From positions 1-56,382 of IMG/VR virus record IMGVR_UViG_3300037762_000131: DNA of 56,382 nucleotides. One strand, written 5' to 3'. Made by a program: the position numbers and the translations under genes. Below, piece after piece: positions 8,607-17,574 of this stretch. The DNA is from a virus. Taxonomy: Duplodnaviria; Caudoviricetes. How positions within the stretch are numbered: the stretch's first letter is position 1; each line of letters opens with the position of its first letter. The notes below the pieces were generated by a model. That model was not told where the DNA came from. It saw only the letters and a list, made by a program, of their open reading frames with translations, and made no database searches.

Positions 8607-8876
8607 ATGCCAGCCAGATACCGCATCCTCGAAGCCGCCACCCGCCAGTTCATACGAGAGCGCACCCGCGAACCTGACGGCACGAACAAAGGCGACGGGC
8701 TCGCCAAGTTCGCCGCGCTCATCGGCGTCTCCGTCGGGCAACTGTCCCGCATCCTCAACGGCCGCGTCGACCTCACCTGGGACATGCGCAGCCGCATCGC
8801 CGACGGCCTCGGCGTCCCACCAGCAGCCATCGGCGAAGAAATCCGCGACATCGACACACAGGCGGTGAACTCCTGA
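8607..8876 (+). CDS. Cro-like XRE HTH protein
   Basis: LAKFAALIGVSVGQLSRILNG..RIADGLGV; first gene of the rightward early operon. Confidence 0.82.
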   Translation: MPARYRILEAATRQFIRERTREPDGTNKGDGLAKFAALIGVSVGQLSRILNGRVDLTWDMRSRIADGLGVPPAAIGEEIRDIDTQAVNS

Positions 8877-9142
8877 TGCGCGTCCGTCACAAGCCGACGA
8901 CGGTCGACGCGGTCCGCTGGGACGGCTCAGCGACCGCCCTTCAAGAGCTGATCGCGCTCGGCCTGACCGCGTACCGGTACGAACCCACCGTCGGCGACTC
9001 GACCGTCACGTTGGTGATCTCCACCGGCGAGGGCGACCGGCCTGCGCTGCCCGGCGACTACGTCGTCAAGGGCACGGCCGGGGAGTTCTACCCGATCCGC
9101 CCGGACGTCTATGAGGCGTGCTACGAGGTGGTGAGTTCATGA
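8876..9142 (+). CDS. Small conserved phage protein (KPxxVxAVRW...PGDYVVKG..GEFYP family)
   Basis: Motif typical of a widespread phage family; function unknown. Confidence 0.8.
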   Translation: MRVRHKPTTVDAVRWDGSATALQELIALGLTAYRYEPTVGDSTVTLVISTGEGDRPALPGDYVVKGTAGEFYPIRPDVYEACYEVVSS

Positions 9143-9465
9143 GCGCAGTCCTGACGCTTGTTCACAAGCCGACCGTCGTCAAAGCCGTCCGCTGGGACGA
9201 CACCGCCGAGGCCCGCGCCGCGCTTGCGTCTATCGGGTTCCAGTTCGGCCTCCACGGCTACCTCGGTGACGGTCCCGGCCCGCGGACGCTGACCATCCGC
9301 ACCCCCGAAGGCGACCGGGCCGCCCGACCCGGCGAGTCGACCGTCATCCAAGGGACGCGGGGTCAGTGGTACTGCATCGGCCACGACGTCGAAGCCGACT
9401 GCTACGACCCCGTGCTGGTCGAGATCGGGCCGATCACGGTCACCGGCACCGGCGGTGCGTCGTGA
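9139..9465 (+). CDS. Paralogue of 8876-9142
   Basis: HKPTVVKAVRWD...EGDRAARPG..GQWY..CYD aligns with its neighbour. Confidence 0.75.
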   Translation: MSAVLTLVHKPTVVKAVRWDDTAEARAALASIGFQFGLHGYLGDGPGPRTLTIRTPEGDRAARPGESTVIQGTRGQWYCIGHDVEADCYDPVLVEIGPITVTGTGGAS

Positions 9466-9749
9466 GGCGCGCTGTCGCCAACGAGCTGGCGGTCGAGCGC
9501 CTCGTAGCCGCCATCGACCGGCTCACCGATCTGCTCACCGCCGAAGTCGAGCATCGCACCCCGATGCTTGACGCCGGGATGCTCACCGTCGCCGAAACCG
9601 CCGCCATTTTGCGGTGGTCGGAGGACACCGTGTACCGCCGCTGCCATATCGACCTGCCCTGCATCCGCCACGGCAACTCCTACCGCATCCCCCGCCACGC
9701 CCTCAACCAATGGCTCCTCGAACAAGCGCTTAAGGCCGGTGCCGCATGA
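9462..9749 (+). CDS. xis: Excisionase-like HTH protein
   Basis: MLTVAETAAILRWSEDTVYR..LPCIRHGNSYRIPRHALNQWL. Confidence 0.75.
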   Translation: MRRAVANELAVERLVAAIDRLTDLLTAEVEHRTPMLDAGMLTVAETAAILRWSEDTVYRRCHIDLPCIRHGNSYRIPRHALNQWLLEQALKAGAA

Positions 9750-10240
9750 ACCGGCCGTACGTCGTCAAGCTCGGCGACTGGTGGACCGCAGGCTGCCCTG
9801 ACTGCGGTTGGCGTAGCGACGGTTGGATCTGGTGTGAAGCCGTTCGCTCGGCACACCTTCATGCACGCCGCCTGCTCGGACCGTGGCATGCCTGACTTCA
9901 GGTGTGGCTGCCAGCTACCCCCGCGGCTGGGCGGCCACGGCCCGCCGGGCACGTCTGGCGCTCCGGATGCCTACGGACGACGCCGGTTTCGCTCGGCGGG
10001 CACTCTCTCTCACCTGTCCCATCCGAGACCAAGGCCTCACGCGACCTCCGTGGCGGTCGCCTGCAGCCGTCGGCCGCGAGTTGCAGGCCTCGGATGGGCG
10101 CAATCCACCCCCGCCCTCACCGGCTCACCCCCGGCGCCAGGGCGGGGCCAGACAACACAAGAGGGAGCGTCAGCCAACAGCGACGACGACTGACGCTCCC
10201 ACAAGCCCCGGAACCCGGAACCCGCAACGGAGGCTACACG

Positions 10241-10465
10241 ATGCTCAACACACGCCACCTCATGCACAAACGGCCCCTACCCGTCCGCAGCTACGGCCGG
10301 CAAGTCGCACGACGCCTGCGCAGCGACCCACTCGCGGACTTCCGCGACGAACCATGCAGACGGTGGCCGTGGTGGGCGACGTGGCTGCTCACCGTAACCG
10401 TCACCGTCGCAGCCGGCCTCGCGACCGGCGCCGCGCTCGCCCACACCCTCACCAACCACCCATGA
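10241..10465 (+). CDS. Small membrane protein
   Basis: GGAGG RBS; C-terminal hydrophobic helix. Confidence 0.55.
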   Translation: MLNTRHLMHKRPLPVRSYGRQVARRLRSDPLADFRDEPCRRWPWWATWLLTVTVTVAAGLATGAALAHTLTNHP

Positions 10466-10692
10466 ACACCGCAGCCACGTGCGACATGGCCATCCACCTC
10501 GACGACGTCACAGACGACGACATCGAGATCTACGGCATGAACCATCAAAGGAGTGGTCACCGGTCGCTGTCGTTCGGCACGGCACGGCAGCAGATGACCG
10601 TGTTCAACACCCGCGACGGACTGCGGACGCTGCTGCAACGGCTGAACGACCGCCTCGACCAACTCGACACCGAGGCAGGTGACGACACGTGA
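10462..10692 (+). CDS. Hypothetical protein
   Basis: ATGA/GTGA-coupled. Confidence 0.6.
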   Translation: MNTAATCDMAIHLDDVTDDDIEIYGMNHQRSGHRSLSFGTARQQMTVFNTRDGLRTLLQRLNDRLDQLDTEAGDDT

Positions 10693-10964
10693 GCCGTCTC
10701 AGCATCGGGTTTCGCATCAAGTGGCAAGACCCCGGCCACACCCACTTCAGCGTCTTCGCAGCCCTCGCACGCGAAGAGGACGACCGTGAGTGGGCCGACA
10801 TCACCCGCGCTAATGCAGGCTCATTGACGCTTCGCACCGACGAGTTCGAGGCGCTCGCCATGTGCCTGGAGAACGAAGAGGCAACCGACCCCGAGCGCGT
10901 GCACATTGACATATACCGCGACCCGCAGGGTCCGCACCCATGCCTAGAGGCGGTTGTGTCGTGA
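10689..10964 (+). CDS. Hypothetical protein
   Basis: Coupled ORF in the early operon. Confidence 0.6.
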   Translation: MSRLSIGFRIKWQDPGHTHFSVFAALAREEDDREWADITRANAGSLTLRTDEFEALAMCLENEEATDPERVHIDIYRDPQGPHPCLEAVVS

Positions 10965-11149
10965 GCTGGTGGCAGTGGGCGCTCGTCTGGCTCGCCGCAT
11001 CCGCCATCGTCGCACTCATAGTCGGCCGGGTGCTCGGGCGCCTGTCCGAGATGGATGAACGCCGTTGGCATGCGATTCAAGAGCGTGACAAGGCGCGTGA
11101 TGAGTGGTTGCGCCACATCCGCGAGAAGGCTGGCGACCGCGATGGGTGA
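10961..11149 (+). CDS. Small membrane-anchored protein
   Basis: N-terminal WWQWALVWLAASAIVALIVG helix. Confidence 0.55.
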   Translation: MSWWQWALVWLAASAIVALIVGRVLGRLSEMDERRWHAIQERDKARDEWLRHIREKAGDRDG

Positions 11150-11426
11150 CCTCAACTCTGAGCTCACCGAACTGTTGCGCGACATGCGCCACCAAGCCGG
11201 ACTCACCCAAAGCGAACTCAGCCAACGACTTGGGTGGGCGTCCCACTACAAGGGCGCGGGCTACGGCTGCCCGCAGGTCAGCAAGTACGAGCACGGCGTC
11301 AAGGTCCCCAAGTGGGACGTGCTCGGTCGGTGGGCGGCGGCGTGCGGGTTCCACGCCGAACTCGTCATCACGCGCCCCGGCGCCGGCCGCTGGGTCGTCC
11401 CCCTTAACGACGGACCGAACCCATGA
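11142..11426 (+). CDS. XRE-family HTH protein, paralogue 1
   Basis: LRDMRHQAGLTQSELSQRLG..VSKYEHG..P. Confidence 0.85.
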   Translation: MGDLNSELTELLRDMRHQAGLTQSELSQRLGWASHYKGAGYGCPQVSKYEHGVKVPKWDVLGRWAAACGFHAELVITRPGAGRWVVPLNDGPNP

Positions 11427-11569
11427 CCGCGAAACGCATGCGCCGCCGCGCCGCCCGCCGCGACGTCGCCGCACATGACTGCGACGAACACTGCGCCGTC
11501 GTCGGCCCCCCATACGCCCACTGGTGGCGTGTCTGCCTGTCCTGCGGCAGAACCTGGAAACGCACATGA
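11423..11569 (+). CDS. Small Cys/His-rich protein (48 aa)
   Basis: ATGA overlaps at both ends; HDCDEHC..CLSCG. Confidence 0.5.
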   Translation: MTAKRMRRRAARRDVAAHDCDEHCAVVGPPYAHWWRVCLSCGRTWKRT

Positions 11570-11838
11570 CCGACCTCGACGCGCAGCTCACCGAACTCCT
11601 CCGCGACATGCGCCACCAAGCCGGACTCACCGGGGCAGACCTCGCCAACCGAATCGGTTGGCACGGGAAGCAACGCCGCACCGTTGTCAGCAACTACGAA
11701 TGCGGCCGATACATCCCCGGACTCGAGCTGGTCGGCCGGTGGGCCGCCGCGTGCGGGCTCCACGCCGAACTCGTCATCACACCACGAGGAACCGGCAGCC
11801 CGTGGGTCGTGCCGCTCAACGACGGACCACAACCATGA
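11566..11838 (+). CDS. XRE-family HTH protein, paralogue 2
   Basis: LRDMRHQAGLTGADLANRIG..VSNYECG..P. Confidence 0.85.
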   Translation: MTDLDAQLTELLRDMRHQAGLTGADLANRIGWHGKQRRTVVSNYECGRYIPGLELVGRWAAACGLHAELVITPRGTGSPWVVPLNDGPQP

Positions 11839-12032
11839 CCGGCATCGGCGGCTACGGCGGCAACGAACTGCTCGCGATGCACTGCTGGCTGTGCCCCTAC
11901 CCCATCGCCGTCGGCAGCGTCTACCACGGACGCAACGGCGAACCCCCCGCCCACCTCGCCTGCTGGCAAAACCACAACACCACGACGCCGCTCAAACGAC
12001 CCGACCTCACCCGACAAGGACTCGACCGGTGA
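11835..12032 (+). CDS. Small zinc-binding protein (CxxC..HxxC)
   Basis: Coupled ORF; CWLC...HLAC. Confidence 0.55.
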   Translation: MTGIGGYGGNELLAMHCWLCPYPIAVGSVYHGRNGEPPAHLACWQNHNTTTPLKRPDLTRQGLDR

Positions 12033-12376
12033 CCGAACTGAAACGACCGCGGCGCCGCACCCGCATCAACAGGATCGCCTGGCTCGAACGGGAAAACGAA
12101 CGGCTCCGCGAAGAAAACGACCTACTCCGCGCCAGCCTCGACCACATCCCCCCACACACGACCGTGCCCGCCGCGCCGCCCACTCCCGGGCCGCTGCGAC
12201 CCGCCGCCGACGGCCTCGTCATGGGCGCCCTGAAAGTACCCGTCCAACGCCCCGACTGCGGCCAGTGTGACGGGAAGCTCGACCGCGTCGCCAGCGACGA
12301 CCGCAGCGGCCTGCGGTTCTACATCTGCGACACCTGCCACCACCCCACCCGACGCATCGGAGCCGCGCATGGCTGA
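12029..12376 (+). CDS. Coiled-coil plus zinc-ribbon protein
   Basis: LERENERLREENDLL; CGQC..CDTC. Confidence 0.6.
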   Translation: MTELKRPRRRTRINRIAWLERENERLREENDLLRASLDHIPPHTTVPAAPPTPGPLRPAADGLVMGALKVPVQRPDCGQCDGKLDRVASDDRSGLRFYICDTCHHPTRRIGAAHG

Positions 12377-12596
12377 CAGCTGGATCGAGCTGGCAAACGG
12401 CCGCCGCTACGAGATCGCCAAGACCAACGGCCTGTACCTCGAAGAAGGCCAGTACGTGGTGGTCGACGACGGCGACACCATCCGCGCACGCCTCGTGGAG
12501 ACCGCGCTGGGCGCAGGAATGGTCATCTTCGACGGCGATGATCGCGTCTGCCAAGTGAGTGGCGAGGTGCTGGTGCTGGCAAGGGAACTGCCATGA
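12369..12596 (+). CDS. Hypothetical protein
   Basis: GGAG RBS; coupled. Confidence 0.55.
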   Translation: MADSWIELANGRRYEIAKTNGLYLEEGQYVVVDDGDTIRARLVETALGAGMVIFDGDDRVCQVSGEVLVLARELP

Positions 12597-12850
12597 CTGA
12601 ATACGACGACTACTACCGCCACTGGCTGGGCGCCATCTCCGACGCAGGCGAACGCGGACTACAACAAACCAGCTACGCGGCTGGCAACTACGGCGCGATC
12701 CCCACCGCGACCGCCGCCAAGCTCATCCGCGAAGGCCTCGCCCACAAGAACCCCCTCTACCGCGTATGCATCACCGAAGCCGGCCGGTTACGCCTCCAAC
12801 AGTTGCAGGAGCCCGCCGTCGAACTCCACACCCCCAAGGACACCCGATGA
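12593..12850 (+). CDS. Hypothetical protein (winged-helix-like)
   Basis: TAAKLIREGLA..ITEAGR pattern. Confidence 0.55.
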   Translation: MTEYDDYYRHWLGAISDAGERGLQQTSYAAGNYGAIPTATAAKLIREGLAHKNPLYRVCITEAGRLRLQQLQEPAVELHTPKDTR

Positions 12851-13728
12851 CCACCGCGGTCGAGAAACACCCGCCGGTCGATGTCACTCAAACGTCCGAC
12901 GACGACCAGCAACTCTGGTCCGTCACCACCATCCTGTCCGCCCTCGACCGGCCCGCGCTCACCTACTGGGCGTGCGAGAAAACCGCCGTCGCCGCCGTCA
13001 ACCAATCGAACACGTGGCGGGGGATGCTCGCCGACGACCACCCCGACTGCGACCACACCGACGCCCAAGCGTGCGCGGCGGTGAAGTGGCTCCGCGACGC
13101 CAGATGGCGGAAGGCGCCCGGCGAGAAATCCGACACCGAGATGGGCACCGACGTCCACACCGCATGCGAGGAATACGTCTTGACCGGCGTCCGACCGGAC
13201 GTGTCCGCCGACATCGAGCCCTACCTACGGCAGTTCGAAGCGTGGTGCCAGAAAGCGCAGCCCGCCTACGAGGCCGCAGAGATGACCGTCTATGCGCCGA
13301 CCTATGGCCATGCCGGAACGATGGACGCAATCCTGACCATCAATGACACGAAATTCGCAGTTGATTACAAGACGTCGAAGAAACCGTTCGATGCGAAGGG
13401 CAATAAGAAGCGCTGCTATCCGGAGCTGTCTCTCCAGCTCGCCGCCTATGTCAATTCTGAGTTCGCGGCGGCCTGGCGGCCCCGCCGGTACGAGAAGTGG
13501 CGCCGCCGCTACTACCTTCTCAGCGACCATGAACGCTCCAACGCCATCTCCATTCCGGACGTCGACGCCGGTCTGGGAATCATGATCACGCCGGAGTTCT
13601 GTGACGCCTATGTCGTGGACGTCGGCGAGCGGCCTTACACCGCCTTTCTCTACTGCCTCGAAGCCCACCGCTGGCAGATCGAGACGTCGCGAACAGTCAT
13701 CAGCTCTGATCCGCTGGAGTTCGAATGA
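12847..13728 (+). CDS. PD-(D/E)XK exonuclease (phage recombination exonuclease-like)
   Basis: SVTTILS, GTDVH, E, AGTMD, VDYKTS, QLAAY motifs. Confidence 0.88.
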   Translation: MTTAVEKHPPVDVTQTSDDDQQLWSVTTILSALDRPALTYWACEKTAVAAVNQSNTWRGMLADDHPDCDHTDAQACAAVKWLRDARWRKAPGEKSDTEMGTDVHTACEEYVLTGVRPDVSADIEPYLRQFEAWCQKAQPAYEAAEMTVYAPTYGHAGTMDAILTINDTKFAVDYKTSKKPFDAKGNKKRCYPELSLQLAAYVNSEFAAAWRPRRYEKWRRRYYLLSDHERSNAISIPDVDAGLGIMITPEFCDAYVVDVGERPYTAFLYCLEAHRWQIETSRTVISSDPLEFE

Positions 13729-14582
13729 AGGTCTGCACGATCGAAGGATGTGCGCGCAGCACCCGCGCTCGCGGCTGGTGCGCAACGCACTATTCCCGAT
13801 GGCGGCGCAACGGCACAACCGAACGCGTGCGTCGAGGCGGCCCAAAGGCTTGCGCGATCGAGAACTGCCCCAAGCCCGCAGGTGTACCAGGCACCGCGCA
13901 CGGATGGTGCTCAACCCACTACAACCGTTGGAAGCGAACCGGCGACCCACTGCTCACGAAAACAGCCATGCGGCCACCACCGCCTGCCACATGCAACGTC
14001 GAAGGCTGCGAGAAGGCGCCGTGGTCGCGCGGTTGGTGTCCCATGCATCTCATGCGCTGGCGACAGACCGGCGACCCTGGCACAGCCGATCCCCAATGGC
14101 GCACCGCACATGGCCCTTGCCGCGTTGGCAGCTGCGATCGAGACGCCGTCGTCGGAGTGCACCAGCTTTGCAAACCTCATCATCTTCGGATGTGGCGCCA
14201 CGGTGATCCGACCGCAGGTGCGACATCGCCGCGCCCTGGCGCGACGTGCGACGTAACCGGATGCGCCGAACCCCACTATGCCCTGCGGCTATGCGGACGC
14301 CACTGGCGTCGCGCCTATCGGCCAGTCAAAAGCAAACAACGTCGCGAAGCTCCCGGTACTGCGAGCATCGCGCAGATCGAAGCTCGGTTGGCCTACTGGG
14401 GCTGGAAATGCTGGAACTGCCGACGCCCCTACGAGCAGATCGACCACGTCAAGCCCATCGCAAAGGGTGGTAGCAATTGGCCCGCCAACCTGCGGCCGGC
14501 TTGCCAATCATGCAATGCCCGCAAACGCAGTCGGTGGTTTGGCGTAGTGCGTCTTAACGAACTCATCCGGGAGGTGGCTTAA
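13725..14582 (+). CDS. HNH endonuclease with five N-terminal CxxxxC..CxxH zinc-finger repeats
   Basis: CWNC..IDHVKPIAKGGSNWPANLRPACQSCNARK; repeated CxxxGC..RGWCxxH. Confidence 0.9.
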   Translation: MKVCTIEGCARSTRARGWCATHYSRWRRNGTTERVRRGGPKACAIENCPKPAGVPGTAHGWCSTHYNRWKRTGDPLLTKTAMRPPPPATCNVEGCEKAPWSRGWCPMHLMRWRQTGDPGTADPQWRTAHGPCRVGSCDRDAVVGVHQLCKPHHLRMWRHGDPTAGATSPRPGATCDVTGCAEPHYALRLCGRHWRRAYRPVKSKQRREAPGTASIAQIEARLAYWGWKCWNCRRPYEQIDHVKPIAKGGSNWPANLRPACQSCNARKRSRWFGVVRLNELIREVA

Positions 14583-14583
14583 C

Positions 14584-15864
14584 TTGGCGATCTTGACATT
14601 GCAGAAACGGATGTTCGAGGCAGGCCGGATTCGCCTAGGCGAGAAGGTGCCCACCGGCGGAACGGATAAGCACGGCAATCCAGCGTTCCGGCCGAAGAAG
14701 CTCGCCACATTCAGGTTCACGAGCAGCGATCGGTCGAAGATCGAGCACGTCGCGCACCTCTTCGGCGGCAAACCGGAGGCGTGGACCAACGGGCCGCTGC
14801 AACAGTGGCAGGTCACGACCGAAGCCGACCAGATCGACGTGATCGTCCCCCCAACTGACATGGCGTTCTCCCAATGGTTCGAGACTTGGGTTGGTGGCGG
14901 GGTCCAGAAACGCTGTGACGGTCAACGCGAAACGATCTCGGATCAGCCGTGCCTGTGCGACCCCGACCCGGCAGAACGTGAGTGCAAGCCCACGACGAGG
15001 CTGTCGGTGATGCTCGCGCAGGTCCAGGGGATGGGATTGTGGCGGGTCGAGGTCCACGGCTATTACGGCGCGGTGGAGCTCGCCGGGTCGGTCGAGCTGA
15101 TCATGGCCGCCGCGGGCCGCGGGCACTTGCTCCCGGCGACGCTGCGGTTGGATAAGCGGACGGTGACGCGGCCAGGTCAACCCAGGCGCGACTTCGCCGT
15201 CCCCGTCCTCGACGTCAAACTGCCGCTGGCCGCGATCGCCCACGCCACAGCAGGCGCCTTGGGGACACCCGTCAACGGACACGTCCCGCCGGGAGAGCTT
15301 GGTGGCGCCACCGTCACCCAACTCGAAGCCAAGACCTCGGACAAGCCCGTCCCATTCACCCCCGTCCCCGAGGCGGCGCCGACATGGCCGAAAACAACCG
15401 TCGCGGAACAGGTGCACGCGCAGCAGCAACGCGCGGACGCCGGCACCAAACGCACCAAACGGTCAGCGGCGCCCATCCCCACCACCGGCGTCAAACCGCG
15501 CACCGTCACCGAGGCGCGCGCCCAAACCCGCCCCGCGACGAAACCGCAGCGCGGGCAGATCCACAAGGCGTGCAAGGCCGCGAACCTCGACGACGACGGC
15601 CGCCACGACCTCCTGTTCCTCGTGACTGGCGGGCGCGCGAAATCCACCCAAGACGACACGCTGCTCTTCGACGACGTCGACCAAGTCCTCGTGGCATGCG
15701 AACTGCTCGAAGCGGGGCACGTGAAGCTCGGGTACACGGGCGAAGGCGACCTGCGGCTACTGCGCTCCGACGGCAGCGAGGTGACGTTCCCGGTGGACGC
15801 CGCCAAGGCCCACGCATGGATCAAAGCGCAACAACCCAAGCCTGTAGAGCAGGCCGGTGGATGA
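14584..15864 (+). CDS. Gp3-like / recombination directionality factor-like protein (probable ssDNA-annealing partner of the exonuclease)
   Basis: GRIRLG..RPKKLATFRFTS..RCDG..CKPTTRLSVML..GLWR family pattern, recalled from memory; TTG start. Confidence 0.7.
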   Translation: MAILTLQKRMFEAGRIRLGEKVPTGGTDKHGNPAFRPKKLATFRFTSSDRSKIEHVAHLFGGKPEAWTNGPLQQWQVTTEADQIDVIVPPTDMAFSQWFETWVGGGVQKRCDGQRETISDQPCLCDPDPAERECKPTTRLSVMLAQVQGMGLWRVEVHGYYGAVELAGSVELIMAAAGRGHLLPATLRLDKRTVTRPGQPRRDFAVPVLDVKLPLAAIAHATAGALGTPVNGHVPPGELGGATVTQLEAKTSDKPVPFTPVPEAAPTWPKTTVAEQVHAQQQRADAGTKRTKRSAAPIPTTGVKPRTVTEARAQTRPATKPQRGQIHKACKAANLDDDGRHDLLFLVTGGRAKSTQDDTLLFDDVDQVLVACELLEAGHVKLGYTGEGDLRLLRSDGSEVTFPVDAAKAHAWIKAQQPKPVEQAGG

Positions 15865-16075
15865 CCACTGCCGCGTCTGCGGACCCCACTGGGACGCCAT
15901 CACCGGCGGCCTTTGCCTGCTGCACCTCGAACGCGCGTTGGACGCGACCCGGCATCTCTTGGATCTGCTCGACACGTCCTCGGACCTCCGCGACGTGCGC
16001 ATCAGACAGGACTGGGTGTGGGCCGTCCAGATCGCTGGGGGAGACCTCGCCGACCGGCTCGGCTACCCCACATGA
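15861..16075 (+). CDS. Small Cys/His protein (start approximate)
   Basis: CRVC..CLLH; overlaps the upstream stop. Confidence 0.45.
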
Positions 16076-16077
16076 CA

Positions 16078-16189
16078 TGTTGCGCCTACCCGTTGCGCGC
16101 CGCCGCACGGTTGCGGGTGGGTTCGCGGTGTGGCGCCGTTTCGGTGTTGCGCGAGACCGTTGCGCGCAACGCCACCGGCACGGTAGGGT
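16078..16189 (+). promoter_or_regulatory. Promoter with a cluster of GTTGCGC operator-like sites
   Basis: Several GTTGCG(C) copies, including palindromic GTTGCGCGCAAC; TTGCGC(16160)-N18-TAGGGT(16184)-N6-ATG(16196). Confidence 0.6.
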
Positions 16190-16195
16190 CATGCA

Positions 16196-16396
16196 ATGCC
16201 TGACACTGACACACCGCCACAGATACGAGCGGCGAACAAGGCGCGGGTCCGCGTCCTCGCCGACGCCGCCGCGAGAGACGACGACAAACTCCGCCGCGCC
16301 GTCAACATCGTCGTCGCCGCCATCGCCGCAGAACGACTCACGTTCTCAGATTTGAGACGCGAACTCGAAGCGCGCGCCGAAAAGGCCAGCGCGTGA
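16196..16396 (+). CDS. Hypothetical protein
   Basis: Leaderless start after the promoter; coupled to the MTase. Confidence 0.65.
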   Translation: MPDTDTPPQIRAANKARVRVLADAAARDDDKLRRAVNIVVAAIAAERLTFSDLRRELEARAEKASA

Positions 16397-17574
16397 CGAT
16401 CGTCGATGCAGAAACCGGTCAAGTCATCCCGCAGACCGGCCAGTCGTTGCAGCGTTTCACACAGGCAGAGCGGATGCTCGCCGAAGTGGCATCGGTGCAG
16501 GAAGCCGTCACCGTCACAAAGTTCGCCGAGGCCGCCCGCGTCTATGCCAAAGAAGTCGGTCTCGGCACAAGCTCGATCAACTACGCGACGGCGATCAAGG
16601 CGCGCGCCCTGTGTCGTCTCGCTGACATGGTCGATGCCGGACAAGCCGCAGGAGAGATCGCCAAGAAGACCGATGGGCGGCCCAAAAAGTCTAAGGAGTC
16701 CTTAGACATATCGGCACCGGCCTTGATCAAGGACCTAGGCACTACCAGTCAGCAGATCAAAGAAGCACGCAAGCTCCGCGACTTCTACGGCGAGGAAGGC
16801 ATCACCCGAGAAGAGCGGGCCGCCACCGAATCCGACGAACCACTCACACTCAGTGGGTTGGTTGCCAAAGCTGAGGTCGAGCGTGACAAGGGTAAGGAGA
16901 TCCGCACCAGCACGCTCATCAAGGAAGCCGCCGCCGCGGAGACGAAAAGACGTCGCCAAGCTTCCCGCAACGCCAAACCGCTTCCCGACGGCGCCGATCT
17001 CCGCATAGGCGACGCTCGTGAGGTCCTGGAAGATGTCGCCGACGATTCTGTAGCGCTCGTCCTCACCGACCCGCCCTATGGTGACGAAGCCGAACCGCTT
17101 TACGACTGGCTTGCGAAGTGGGCCACTCGTGTGCTCATCCCCGGCGGATCCTTGATCTGCTACACCGGCCAATCGCGCCTAGACCGCGACATGCGCATCC
17201 TCGGTGAACATCTCCGCTACTGGTGGCTGCTCGCCATGATGCACCACCAGTCACAACGTCTGCCAGGGAAGTTCGTTGTCGCAGAGTTCAAACCCGTCCT
17301 TTGGTTTGTCAAAGACAACCGTCGCGGTCGCACGCTCGTCAATGACGTACTACGACCACCGAAACGCGAGAAGGACGATCACGACTGGTCACAAGGCGAA
17401 GGCGGTGTACCGCTACTCGTCGAGCAACTCACCGCACCGGGCGAACTCATCGCCGACCCATTCGCCGGCACCGCTCGCTGGGGTGCCATCGCGGCTGGTA
17501 TGGGCCGCTATTGGGTCGGCGCTGAAGCTATCGAGGACCCTGCAGAACGCGGCGAAGGCGTGGTCCGCACGTGA
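16393..17574 (+). CDS. Amino-DNA methyltransferase with N-terminal helical/HTH extension
   Basis: LVLTDPPY motif IV; ADPFAGT motif I. Confidence 0.85.
   Translation: MTIVDAETGQVIPQTGQSLQRFTQAERMLAEVASVQEAVTVTKFAEAARVYAKEVGLGTSSINYATAIKARALCRLADMVDAGQAAGEIAKKTDGRPKKSKESLDISAPALIKDLGTTSQQIKEARKLRDFYGEEGITREERAATESDEPLTLSGLVAKAEVERDKGKEIRTSTLIKEAAAAETKRRRQASRNAKPLPDGADLRIGDAREVLEDVADDSVALVLTDPPYGDEAEPLYDWLAKWATRVLIPGGSLICYTGQSRLDRDMRILGEHLRYWWLLAMMHHQSQRLPGKFVVAEFKPVLWFVKDNRRGRTLVNDVLRPPKREKDDHDWSQGEGGVPLLVEQLTAPGELIADPFAGTARWGAIAAGMGRYWVGAEAIEDPAERGEGVVRT

Noticed and set aside
12847-13728. Cas4
   Set aside because: No four-Cys Fe-S arrangement with C-terminal cysteines and no CRISPR context; fits a phage recombination exonuclease.
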